Sequence record: KY499642.1
DNA length: 64,000 nt
Reading direction: 5' to 3' (one strand)
Shown here: piece after piece, positions 36,822-46,412 of the stretch
How positions within the stretch are numbered: position 1 is the stretch's first letter
Layout: each line of letters opens with the position of its first letter
Notes under the pieces: model-generated
Told to the model about the DNA's origin: nothing
Seen by the model: only the letters and a program-made list of their open reading frames with translations
The model's database searches: none
Position numbers and translations under genes: made by a program

Positions 36822-38966
36822 GTGCTAGACACTAATAAATATCCAGAAACAGAATGCGACATTACCCTCGACAGAACGGGCTGTACTACGAACTTACAAA
36901 TATTCCCACAGGGTTCGTCAGGTGCACGTGTTCAAATGCAGGGTACGCACTACGCTCAGGCTACGCAAATTGCATTTCCACAATTGCGTAATATCTTTGC
37001 AGGTCCAGAGCGTGACTATGCGAACTACATGTTTAATGTGGTTGTGGAGCACAATTGTACGGTAATCCGTGTAGTGAAACGTTATGCAAGACCGGGTGCA
37101 GGGGAACAGCGCGCGCTGGAAACTTTGGTCTTTGTAGAACGACAACAGGAACCGGGTTCACGTCAAGAACGTAAGCCTATTGTTGACTTAATCAGAATTC
37201 CAACCTTTGTACAGAACCATCAGACCTTCGCGGTTGAATTGGAGCTGACTGAGATTGGTAGCAGACTAGGAGCAAAACGATACCTTAAGAAAGGAACAGT
37301 CCTAGCACAGACCAAATCAGTAATTGATGACGAGTACTGTGTTGGATTACATGCAAACACTTTGCTAGTTTCTCATCCGATGGTAATTGAGGATTCGTGT
37401 TTGATTTCACAGTCCTTGGCTGACCGCATGATGTCCTATGGTTACAAAACCTACCGTATGACAATTGGTGAGAAAGACTTCCCGCTACTTCTATATAAGG
37501 ACAAGAAAGGAAATCCTTCATTGTTCCCAGAAGTTGGTGAGAAGGTTCGTGAAGATGGTATCTTGTTCGCCAAGCGTGAATATGATCCATTGCTAGCAGC
37601 TGTGGAAATGTCTGAGGTTGCACTGTCAGAGCCTTGTGGACATTTCGACGATTGTACATTCGTAAACCCTGATGCTGAGGTAATCGACATCAAGGTGCAT
37701 CGTGATGACATTCGTCCGCGTCGACGTGACCCGCAAACAGGTGAGAACCTACCATGTGAGAAGATGTCAACTCCTGTAGGCATGCAGGAAATCTGTGATA
37801 CATTTGCAGATGCATACTCGAACTACCAAGGTCACATTCGTAGCTTGTACAAGTACGTGAAGGAAGATTATCGTCGTAAGGGTTATCGTGACATTGAATA
37901 TACGCCAGATGCAAAACAGGCGATTATGTATTCAATCGCGGACAACCCACGCGAAGTGAATCCAAACCTATCGAAGTACACGAAGCAGTTCGGCCAAATC
38001 AAGAACGATGATTACATGATTGAAATCACCGTCAAGTTCCCAATCCCTCTATCCGTATCTGGTAAGATTACCGATACAATGGGCGGTAAGGGTATCGTTG
38101 GCGAAATCGTTCCTGACCATTTGATGCCAGTGGATGAGTTTGGTAACCGTGTAGACCTGATGATGTCAGAGAACGCGATGTTGCGTCGTACGAACTTCAA
38201 CCGTGGTTTCGAGAACTATGTGAATGCTGCTCGTCGTGATGCCCAGATTCGTATCGTTGAAATGTACGAAGAAGGGAAAGATGAAGAAGCCTTTGATTAT
38301 CTGCTACGCTTTACTGGAGCAGTTAACCCAGAATGGTCATACGCAATCGAAGAAGCTCACCCAGATAAAGTGAGTCGAATTGATTTGCTAGATGCCATGG
38401 CAACTGGTGAAGAGACACTAAGACTGTGGGTACCGTCAGATAACAAATATCCGATGGATCAGATTATCCGCAACGTGAAGAATGATTTCCCTCCACGTAA
38501 GTCGAAGTTGAAAGTTACCATGCCTGATGGAAGCATTGAGTACACCAAGTCTGAATTCAGCATTGGTGAACTGTACATGATTCGTCTGGATAAATGGGGT
38601 GGTGAATTCTCAGCAGTAGCCGCAGGTCGCTTCCAAGCGTTCGGTACAATCGCAAAACAACACAGCTCTGATAAACACCGTCGTCCAGTTCGTGAGAACC
38701 CAATCAAACACATCGGTGAATCAGAAGTGCGTCACCAACAAGCTTACATCGGTGGTGATGTATGTGCAGACGCGCATGACCGTAGTAATAACCCTGCCGT
38801 GGCAGACAATGTAATCATGAGTATATTGTCGGCAGAGGTACCAAGTAACATCGAACACGCAGTAGACCGTAAGAAACATCCTCTCGGTCACAACCGCGTA
38901 ATGGAGATTAACCGTCACGTAATGCGCTGTGATGGTATTGGCTTTACTACTCGTCGTTTGCAGTAA
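36822..38966 (+). CDS. Non-virion RNA polymerase beta C-terminal subunit (phiKZ gp71-73-like)
   Basis: IEDSCLIS, SGKITDTMGGKGIV, VDLMMS, GELYMIRLDK and IGESEVR motifs. Probable start GTG 36822 after GGGAG (track start 36777). Confidence 0.92.
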   Translation: MLDTNKYPETECDITLDRTGCTTNLQIFPQGSSGARVQMQGTHYAQATQIAFPQLRNIFAGPERDYANYMFNVVVEHNCTVIRVVKRYARPGAGEQRALETLVFVERQQEPGSRQERKPIVDLIRIPTFVQNHQTFAVELELTEIGSRLGAKRYLKKGTVLAQTKSVIDDEYCVGLHANTLLVSHPMVIEDSCLISQSLADRMMSYGYKTYRMTIGEKDFPLLLYKDKKGNPSLFPEVGEKVREDGILFAKREYDPLLAAVEMSEVALSEPCGHFDDCTFVNPDAEVIDIKVHRDDIRPRRRDPQTGENLPCEKMSTPVGMQEICDTFADAYSNYQGHIRSLYKYVKEDYRRKGYRDIEYTPDAKQAIMYSIADNPREVNPNLSKYTKQFGQIKNDDYMIEITVKFPIPLSVSGKITDTMGGKGIVGEIVPDHLMPVDEFGNRVDLMMSENAMLRRTNFNRGFENYVNAARRDAQIRIVEMYEEGKDEEAFDYLLRFTGAVNPEWSYAIEEAHPDKVSRIDLLDAMATGEETLRLWVPSDNKYPMDQIIRNVKNDFPPRKSKLKVTMPDGSIEYTKSEFSIGELYMIRLDKWGGEFSAVAAGRFQAFGTIAKQHSSDKHRRPVRENPIKHIGESEVRHQQAYIGGDVCADAHDRSNNPAVADNVIMSILSAEVPSNIEHAVDRKKHPLGHNRVMEINRHVMRCDGIGFTTRRLQ

Positions 38967-38985
38967 TCTATTAAGGAGATAATAA

Positions 38986-40992
38986 ATGTACGAACTTAAC
39001 GCTCGTAAAATGCTAGACTGGTCAGAAAATGAGGTGTGGGAGCTAGACCCTACTCAAAGCTGTAACCTAACCTTTGATGACAAGACCGTTGCAAATACGG
39101 ACGTGGTTGACGTACAAATCAGCTGGTACTTCTGGCAGGTATCTCGCTTCTATAGCGAAGTACCTGTCACCAGCAACCTGTTCCTACATGGCAGACCGTT
39201 TACGGACGGTCTTGCTCGCACGTTAATGAACGACGCTATTCAATCGACACGTCAGTTTCCTGACATTGACCGTGAAGATGTATGGCGTATTGTCTACAGC
39301 AATGTTTACAACCGTTGTTTCTGTGCATTAGCAACACGACTACTTCCGCATATCTCTGGTACCAACGGTGACGATACCGTAGAGCTGCTAGATGATGAAG
39401 AGATTCGTGAAGCAAATGAGCAGGTGAATGATTCGTTGGCTACAGTAGACCATGTCTACGATGTAATCGAAAAGGTATTTAAAGGAACTAAGTACCCACA
39501 TAACCCTATCGTTCGCGCGACCGGATACGGAACTGTTAAACTAAAACAGATGTTCCCATCCTTTGGCCCACGTGGTCGTGTAACCGATATTGACTCGGAG
39601 ATTTATCGCCGTCCTGTTAAGCGTGGCTTTGCAATGGGCTTTACGTCAATTGCTGACTTCGCTAAAGAATCTCGTTCCGCTGCTAAAGCACTGCTCTTCA
39701 ACAAAGATCCAGTTGCTACAGCAGAATACTTCAACCGTAAGCTACAGTTCGTTGCAGCTTATATTAAGGAGTTAGTGAAAGGAGATTGTGGTACTAAGGA
39801 CTACCACACGCTTGAAGTTCCTGAGGGTGATGCGGGGCGTGAGTTGCTGTACAGTTTAGATGGATTGACTCGTGTTTATCCGGATAACCGTAAAGAGCAG
39901 CATCCAATCGACCCTAAAGATGAAAGTCAGTTGGGTAAGACTATCCATTTCCGTACCACTATCACGTGTAAGCACTTGGCTAAACAAGGTGTTTGTGAGA
40001 AATGTTATGGTGATCTGTCGTACTCAATTCCAGCTGGTGACAACCCTGGTCACGTAAGCTGTACTTCGGTCAACGAGAAGATTACTCAGTTAATCATCTC
40101 AACGAAGCACTTAGACTTCATCATCCACAACTTGTTGGTACGTTTGAATCGTGACGAGCAGGCATACTTGGATACCAAGGACCGCCATCCTGACATGATT
40201 TACATGAACGCCACACGTAAGGGTGAGAACATGGTGATGCGTGTTCTTAAGTCAGAAGCTCCTCGACTAATCAGCGTACGCTATGTAGATGACACGTTCA
40301 TGATGAACCCATCACGTACTACCCAATTGACTCACATGGAATTTCACCATGTTGATGAGAATGGCATGTACCATGGCGAAGTTGAGTTTGATATGGTTAA
40401 ACGTTCTACGAAGGCTTCAATGTCACGTGAGCTGTTAGCCTACATCAAGAAAGTTGGGTGGTCTGAAGACGACAGTTATTACACAATCGATATGTCTAAG
40501 TGGGATGTGAAGAAACCAATGTTCATCTACCCACACAAGCATGAGAACATGTCTGAATATGGTAAGCGTGTAGAACGCTTCATTCGTTCCTCTCGCGAAG
40601 CAGGTGAGAAGAAAGAAACCAAGAAAGGCTACATCAACATGCTAACGAAGTACAAAGATGTTGACAGTGCACTCTACGATGCCTTCTATCTAATCTCTGA
40701 TAAGATTGATGGTGTTTACATGGGTCACATTGCTACGATTCTTGCAGCGTCTCGTGCGCAGCAAGCAGACCAGCAGAACTTCAACCTGCCGTATGGTAAA
40801 GACATGGGTACTTTCCAGACTCATGACGATATCATCAAATACCGTTCACTCGGTGTGGCAATGTTGTTCGAACGTCACAGAAACTACTTCGCTGACATCG
40901 ATAGTTTCATCATTAAAGACCGAATGCCAAGTATCCTCGACGATATGATTCATCTCGAAGAGGACAAGTACCCACGTACTAGTTTGGAATAG
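38986..40992 (+). CDS. Non-virion RNA polymerase beta' middle/C-terminal subunit (phiKZ gp74-like)
   Basis: FGPRG, ESRSAAKAL (bridge helix), GDCGT, Zn site CKH...VCEKCYG, trigger-loop TQLIISTKH. Confidence 0.92.
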   Translation: MYELNARKMLDWSENEVWELDPTQSCNLTFDDKTVANTDVVDVQISWYFWQVSRFYSEVPVTSNLFLHGRPFTDGLARTLMNDAIQSTRQFPDIDREDVWRIVYSNVYNRCFCALATRLLPHISGTNGDDTVELLDDEEIREANEQVNDSLATVDHVYDVIEKVFKGTKYPHNPIVRATGYGTVKLKQMFPSFGPRGRVTDIDSEIYRRPVKRGFAMGFTSIADFAKESRSAAKALLFNKDPVATAEYFNRKLQFVAAYIKELVKGDCGTKDYHTLEVPEGDAGRELLYSLDGLTRVYPDNRKEQHPIDPKDESQLGKTIHFRTTITCKHLAKQGVCEKCYGDLSYSIPAGDNPGHVSCTSVNEKITQLIISTKHLDFIIHNLLVRLNRDEQAYLDTKDRHPDMIYMNATRKGENMVMRVLKSEAPRLISVRYVDDTFMMNPSRTTQLTHMEFHHVDENGMYHGEVEFDMVKRSTKASMSRELLAYIKKVGWSEDDSYYTIDMSKWDVKKPMFIYPHKHENMSEYGKRVERFIRSSREAGEKKETKKGYINMLTKYKDVDSALYDAFYLISDKIDGVYMGHIATILAASRAQQADQQNFNLPYGKDMGTFQTHDDIIKYRSLGVAMLFERHRNYFADIDSFIIKDRMPSILDDMIHLEEDKYPRTSLE

Positions 40993-40998
40993 GTCATA

Positions 40999-41036
40999 GA
41001 TGGGAAGGAGTAACCTTCCCATCGCTTTCTTTTTTG
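40999..41036 (+). terminator. Intrinsic terminator
   Basis: GATGGGAAGG-AGTAA-CCTTCCCATC followed by GCTTTCTTTTTT. Confidence 0.8.
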
Positions 41037-41054
41037 TAAGTTGGAGAGTTCGTA

Positions 41055-42647
41055 GTGGGTCTTTTAAAGATTACTCGCGGGAAGCGAGGGTTCAAGATAA
41101 CGACAGATAACGGCAACGTTCAACGTCGTATTGAACTATACGGTGAGGAACTCATTCAGCCGAAAATAGAACGACAGCGAGGGAAGGTCACAGTTGTACC
41201 GGGTGATAAGTTTTATGTCCACTCTGCTAGACATAAGTCTTATTACTTCATGAATACTCATTACCATTCCATAATGGAACTTATCGACAACTATAGTCGT
41301 GGTACTGGGTTGGCAAACATCGACATTGTAGAAGAAGATGTCATGCCGTGTGATGGTGCAGACGTCGACTTCTCGAAGCATACGTTAAATTTGGTTGAAC
41401 CTGATGGTTCCGATTTCGATTACCAGAACCCAATCGTAGCACATACGTCACGTGAGGGCCACAACCACAATATCCTTGAGGTTCAGACCGGGAAGGGAAA
41501 AACGGCCATGGCTATGAAAACCATAGTCAATATTGGCAAACGTACCCTTATCATTACTAAGCCTGGATATGTTGATAAATGGACTGGTGATTTAACCAAT
41601 AAGAATTACAGCCTGTCGTTAAAGCCGGGTGAGTTGATTAGAATTGGCGGGGGTAAGAGTTCGTCTAGTAAAATGGATGAAATGGACGCTCTTATCGAAA
41701 TGGGTCGTAATGGAGAGCTAGACGGTGGTAAGGGTAGAAAAGAGTGTAAGGTTATTCTTATCTCTTCTAAGACGTTTGACAACTGGATTAAACATCAGTT
41801 AGAGAATGATGTCGAGCAAGTGTTTGAACAGTTCATGACCATCACAGGCTGTGGTGTGTTAACGTACGATGAATCGCATGAGTGGTTCCGTATGAACTAC
41901 TGGACGTTCATGTTGCTTAACCCTGCCCGTGTATTGGATTTGTCAGCAACGCTGATTCCGGGTGATGATGTATTCATCAAGCACCGTTATGATGAACGCT
42001 TCCCTAAGATTTGTCGTTACAATGATTTGGAATACGACAGATACATTGACGCGTTGGGTATCTACTACCATACGACCGACCAGAAGATCATTGACCGCAT
42101 GAACCGGATGAAGCTCTATAATCACATAGAGTTTGAGAAGATGGTCATGAAACGCAAAGGGTCGCAGGAAGCGTACTTTGCAATGGTGAAAGACCTCATT
42201 GATATGTTCTACAAGAACAAGAAATGGGAGAAGGGGCAACGGGCTTTGATCTTCTTTGCCAGCCGAGAGATGTGTACACGTTTTACAGAGTACGCTACGA
42301 AAGCATATCCTGACTTAAACGTTAAGCGACATATCCAAGGCGATAACTATGACGAGTTTGTTAAGGCAGACTTAGGTGTTTCCACGCCGGGTAAATCCGG
42401 TACCGCAGTTGACATTCCCGGACTGATACTGACTATCGTAACTGTATGTCTATCGAAAGAAGACAAGAACCTACAGATACTCGGTCGTACTCGTAAGGTC
42501 CGTGATTGGGATTTAAGTCCTAAGGCTATCTTCCTACACTGTCAGCAGTTGGTGAAGCATCTGGTGTACCTCAAGCGTCGTCAGAAGATGTTTAGGAACA
42601 AGGTTCAGTCCTTTAAGATTCTAAACAGTAAATTCATTATCAAGTAG
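41055..42647 (+). CDS. Superfamily 2 (DExH) helicase (phiKZ gp75-like)
   Basis: VQTGKGKT, YDESH, LSAT, GTAVDIPGL and QILGR motifs. Confidence 0.92.
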   Translation: MGLLKITRGKRGFKITTDNGNVQRRIELYGEELIQPKIERQRGKVTVVPGDKFYVHSARHKSYYFMNTHYHSIMELIDNYSRGTGLANIDIVEEDVMPCDGADVDFSKHTLNLVEPDGSDFDYQNPIVAHTSREGHNHNILEVQTGKGKTAMAMKTIVNIGKRTLIITKPGYVDKWTGDLTNKNYSLSLKPGELIRIGGGKSSSSKMDEMDALIEMGRNGELDGGKGRKECKVILISSKTFDNWIKHQLENDVEQVFEQFMTITGCGVLTYDESHEWFRMNYWTFMLLNPARVLDLSATLIPGDDVFIKHRYDERFPKICRYNDLEYDRYIDALGIYYHTTDQKIIDRMNRMKLYNHIEFEKMVMKRKGSQEAYFAMVKDLIDMFYKNKKWEKGQRALIFFASREMCTRFTEYATKAYPDLNVKRHIQGDNYDEFVKADLGVSTPGKSGTAVDIPGLILTIVTVCLSKEDKNLQILGRTRKVRDWDLSPKAIFLHCQQLVKHLVYLKRRQKMFRNKVQSFKILNSKFIIK

Positions 42648-42654
42648 GTGATTC

Positions 42655-43008
42655 ATGGTTCTTCCATCGAAGTACTCTGCGCTGAAATCTCTTGATGAGT
42701 TTTTACATTTCGTGTTGAAAGCCTACCCGTCGGTAGAAGACGTCATCGATAAAATCGTAGATGGTCAATCTGATGAGTTCAAAGGCTTTCACCACTTCAC
42801 AGTCCTTGACCATGTTACAACTGTACATATCCGTCAACACGGTAATGTATGGCAAGTAAACCGTTCGTCTAACATTCGTGGGACGGCAGGTTACGAGCGA
42901 TATGTAAAAGCACTGTGGGATGTAGAAGAGCTTCAGTACGATGAGCGCATCGTGACATACAAATGCTTCATTGATGAATGGCTGCCGTGGCAGACCATCA
43001 GACTTTAA
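42655..43008 (+). CDS. Hypothetical protein
   Basis: AGGTG RBS, 117 aa. Confidence 0.7.
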   Translation: MVLPSKYSALKSLDEFLHFVLKAYPSVEDVIDKIVDGQSDEFKGFHHFTVLDHVTTVHIRQHGNVWQVNRSSNIRGTAGYERYVKALWDVEELQYDERIVTYKCFIDEWLPWQTIRL

Positions 43009-43014
43009 GCGGCA

Positions 43015-43055
43015 AATAAAAAAGGAGGGCAATGCCCTCCTCTTATTTTTTTTTG
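43015..43055. terminator. Bidirectional terminator
   Basis: GGAGGGC-AAT-GCCCTCC with flanking A- and T-tracts. Confidence 0.85.
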
Positions 43056-43417
43056 TTTCCGTTACGAACTTTCTGTCGTAGACGTTCACGTTCAGCTTCT
43101 TGCTTAATCTTCTCTGCCGCCTCAAGATCTTTCTTATTGAGTCGTTCAGCAGTTTGGTTTAAGGACTCCATCATGAAACTAGGACGGTCGATATACTCAT
43201 CAAACGAGAGATGCCATCTGTCCCATATCTTGTACTGATCATAAATCTCAGCCCAATATTCATAAAGAGAACCGGGTGTCATCTTTTCGGCTTTAGACAT
43301 CTCAACTAGACTACTACCCGAATCGATGTCGTAGTCTGTATCAAAGGCACGGATTAATTCCACGCGTGCCTCGATATAGTTAAGACCACCCACAAGTCCT
43401 GTAATGTCCAATCCCAT
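43043..43417 (-). CDS. Small conserved protein, tail-assembly-chaperone/hub-assembly-like
   Basis: GAGG RBS. YKIWDRWHLSFDEYIDRP resembles the S..E....P motif of chaperone T domains and T4 gp51-like proteins (inference). Confidence 0.5.
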   Translation of the reverse strand: MGLDITGLVGGLNYIEARVELIRAFDTDYDIDSGSSLVEMSKAEKMTPGSLYEYWAEIYDQYKIWDRWHLSFDEYIDRPSFMMESLNQTAERLNKKDLEAAEKIKQEAERERLRQKVRNGNKKK

Positions 43418-43473
43418 GAGTTCCTCGAAAGCAGGAGCCCCTGAAACTAGACGGTCTTCGAATTCGGTCGAAC

Positions 43474-44904
43474 TTATACGTTCGCCATCTCCAACATAAC
43501 CAAATTTCTCTGCTGAACAAGCGTAAAAAGTACACGGTCAACGCTGATAGGAACAATGCTACGGTGACGACCATGTTCGGCAGTACCATCGTAACCACAA
43601 GCTTTACATTTCTGAGTTGGGTAACCAACAACCGCAACAGTAGACTCTTCAATGAACGAGTTAGCGCCATCTTCAAAGACAGCGTAGTTCGCATCGATAG
43701 AAGAGAACTCAATCAGTGCATCACGGATAGTTTCACGATCATCAATGATGATGTACTCATCTTCCATATCGCCTGGAATACGAATTTCAGAAACCAAGTG
43801 TTCGTACTTAAGCATACGTCGTGCTTGGATTTGACCGTCAAGGTATTGTTCGCGGCGCTTAGGTGAAGTGTAACTTGATAGAGCGTTAGTGTAAGAGCGC
43901 TCAATCTCATCTACCCAACGTTTCGCAGTCTGAATGTAGTTAGCCAGAGATGTGCGACCGAATACAATCACAGTGTCGTCTGCAAGCTTAATCTCTTTAG
44001 ACGCAGGAGACTTAAACTCAGAACGGTATTGCTCAAGCAGGTCATCTGTGATTGACTTCTGGTTACCCGCAAGGATGTTAAGCTGTTTCTCAGTAAGTGA
44101 AGACTTATCAATCCAAAGCATACGTGCAAAGTTAAGCATTGCTGTGTGTGCTTCGTTACATTCATTTGAAGTACACTTGAATTCCCATGGATGTCCGTTA
44201 GCAAACTTAGTGGCCAGTACACCCCATACTAGAGTGCTGTAGTCAAGCGGGTCAATGATTTCAACCAGAGTGTCTACGATTTCGTCGGCACCGCAAGGGT
44301 AGTTGGTAGAAACGATATGTTCCAGAGCAAAACGTACCATTGCTTCACTGAATACGCCAGAGCGTGCGTTAAGCAGTAGACCTGTGGTAGACAGACCAAC
44401 CTGAGTCGCTTGATGCTGTAGGGAGAATTCCAAATCAATGAATTGCTTCTCGTTAGCAGGTTCCATTGTGACATGGATGCCAGTGTGAATAAGCGGGAAC
44501 GTTAGAGTACCACCATTACCACCGTTACGACGAATAAGTTCAATAGCCGCACGACCTGAAACATGACCACCTGTAGCACGCATACGTGGGCGCTGTGTGC
44601 CGATGATACGTTCATCATGTTTGATGTGCTGTACCCAGTCACGGCTTTCGTCATCCATCTGGTTAGTAAACAAAACCTTAGGCGTGTAGTACTGGAACAT
44701 TGACTTACGTGGGTCGCTGTCAGTAAGCGATTGTAGGTTCTTAGCCGAGATGTTAAAGTTTGTGTTAAGGAAAGACAAGTATGGCCAGTGTGCCATATTC
44801 GAACGTACTTCTTTGTCTTCCACAACCTTACTGGTTTCAGTGAAGTTGTCTTTCGCTGGTTGAACTACTTCTTTATCTAGTTCATGTGGGTTCTGTTCAG
44901 ACAT
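43474..44904 (-). CDS. Baseplate hub assembly / tail chaperone-like protein (phiKZ gp77-like)
   Basis: 476 aa with two Cys pairs (CTSNEC, CKAC). Synteny. Confidence 0.55.
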   Translation of the reverse strand: MSEQNPHELDKEVVQPAKDNFTETSKVVEDKEVRSNMAHWPYLSFLNTNFNISAKNLQSLTDSDPRKSMFQYYTPKVLFTNQMDDESRDWVQHIKHDERIIGTQRPRMRATGGHVSGRAAIELIRRNGGNGGTLTFPLIHTGIHVTMEPANEKQFIDLEFSLQHQATQVGLSTTGLLLNARSGVFSEAMVRFALEHIVSTNYPCGADEIVDTLVEIIDPLDYSTLVWGVLATKFANGHPWEFKCTSNECNEAHTAMLNFARMLWIDKSSLTEKQLNILAGNQKSITDDLLEQYRSEFKSPASKEIKLADDTVIVFGRTSLANYIQTAKRWVDEIERSYTNALSSYTSPKRREQYLDGQIQARRMLKYEHLVSEIRIPGDMEDEYIIIDDRETIRDALIEFSSIDANYAVFEDGANSFIEESTVAVVGYPTQKCKACGYDGTAEHGRHRSIVPISVDRVLFTLVQQRNLVMLEMANV

Positions 44905-44929
44905 GGTATTTTTTTACCCTTTATTAACG

Positions 44930-44961
44930 TGAAAAGGAAAGACGGTAGTAAATTACTACCG
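44930..44961 (-). terminator. Intrinsic terminator (minus strand)
   Basis: CGGTAGTA-ATT-TACTACCG followed by TCTTTCCTTTT on the minus strand. Confidence 0.65.
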
Positions 44962-44969
44962 CCGTTATC

Positions 44970-45434
44970 TTAATGATCGTAAGAGATGATTGTTTGGTGG
45001 TTCAGTACATACAATTCAGCGTAACGGTTACGCAAGTCGTCGATACGTGACACCAAGTCAACTGAAGTAGGTAACCATGAGAATTCGTTACCGCCAGTTT
45101 CTGCGATGAACTCTTCTGCTTCTGCTTTCAGCTTCTGATGTTCTTCATCGAAATCTTTCAGGTCTTTATCGATAGTCTCAAGAACCTTAATGATATCTTG
45201 AGAGTGTTTACCTAATGATTCCGGACCATCTGTATCCAGACGTTGTCCGTACAACATCAGAAAGTCATTTACTTTCTGAATGAACTTTTCAGAGTCATCC
45301 AATTGGATACGCACTTCTTTATTGTGCGCTGCCTTTTTACGGATGTTCATGTTGTTAGCAGCTTTTGCTTTACGTACTGTATTCTTTTTAGCACGCTTTT
45401 GAGCGCGTACATTAGAACGTTGATTCTTCTTCAC
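44970..45434 (-). CDS. Hypothetical protein with very basic N-terminus and coiled coil
   Basis: GAGG RBS. KKNQRSNVRAQKRAKKNTVRKAK. Confidence 0.7.
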   Translation of the reverse strand: MKKNQRSNVRAQKRAKKNTVRKAKAANNMNIRKKAAHNKEVRIQLDDSEKFIQKVNDFLMLYGQRLDTDGPESLGKHSQDIIKVLETIDKDLKDFDEEHQKLKAEAEEFIAETGGNEFSWLPTSVDLVSRIDDLRNRYAELYVLNHQTIISYDH

Positions 45435-45524
45435 AATAAATCCTCGTTTCCATCATATGGAGTAGTTTAGTGACATTATCTCGTAAGATATGTCGTCACA
45501 TATTTTTTAACACAGGTTAAGACA

Positions 45525-46409
45525 ATGATAGATTTATACCAATCAGTATTCCAAGATATCCGCACGCCTGAACGTACAGAGTTTGCGGTAAAGCTTGTTG
45601 AAATACTTTATGAATCGGGATACGATTCTGAACTAGACGATATCATCGTGTTAGTTTCAACGCACGATAGTCTAGAGGAAATCATTCGTCCTCTTGAATC
45701 GATAATCGCACGTTCGCTACATTCTCTTCTATTGAAGATGGGGATTGATATCGACGTTGTGAGCATAGATCAAAACTATCAAGACGTATACCTGCTCCTC
45801 ATAACTATACTTGAAAGTATCGAACATTTTGATGACCATGAATCGATGCTTGCGATTGTAGACTCAGGAGAGCCGTCAAACATCGTCCTAAGCAACCTAG
45901 TGACGTTTATTCACGCAAAAGGTATCACAGCACTACCTGAGATTATTCAGGGTGTAGAAGACCGTCTGATTCGCGTAGTGCGTAGCGTACTAGTTGGCCG
46001 CGGTATGGTTGACTACGACGAGTACACACTCGACATGGGTGCCGCGCTTCGTGTAGCACACTTCATTAAACTGTATCCAGACAACTACGTCAGTGAGATT
46101 CTGGATGACAACGGTTATGCTTTACCTGAGGAAACTCTCGTAACAACAGTTGACCTAGACCCTGAAACGACAGACGGCTATGAAGAAGCTATCGCGCTAA
46201 CTGCTGCGGGTATCATAGTTGCCAAGCACGAAGAGTACGATGAAGCGTACGAAGCTATCGAGGGGATTGTTGACCAGTTACTGGATGCAGACTTCACAGA
46301 TAAGAAACTGTTGGTCTGTGATGCAGCCCACACAGCCATTAAGCCTATCTACGCAACCTTGGAAGAGGTAGAAGTCGAAGAGGGTGAGGTTGAGAACCAC
46401 TTGGAGTAA
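45525..46409 (+). CDS. Conserved acidic core protein (phiKZ gp79-like position)
   Basis: 294 aa directly upstream of vRNAP beta'. Confidence 0.65.
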   Translation: MIDLYQSVFQDIRTPERTEFAVKLVEILYESGYDSELDDIIVLVSTHDSLEEIIRPLESIIARSLHSLLLKMGIDIDVVSIDQNYQDVYLLLITILESIEHFDDHESMLAIVDSGEPSNIVLSNLVTFIHAKGITALPEIIQGVEDRLIRVVRSVLVGRGMVDYDEYTLDMGAALRVAHFIKLYPDNYVSEILDDNGYALPEETLVTTVDLDPETTDGYEEAIALTAAGIIVAKHEEYDEAYEAIEGIVDQLLDADFTDKKLLVCDAAHTAIKPIYATLEEVEVEEGEVENHLE

Positions 46410-46412
46410 GGA

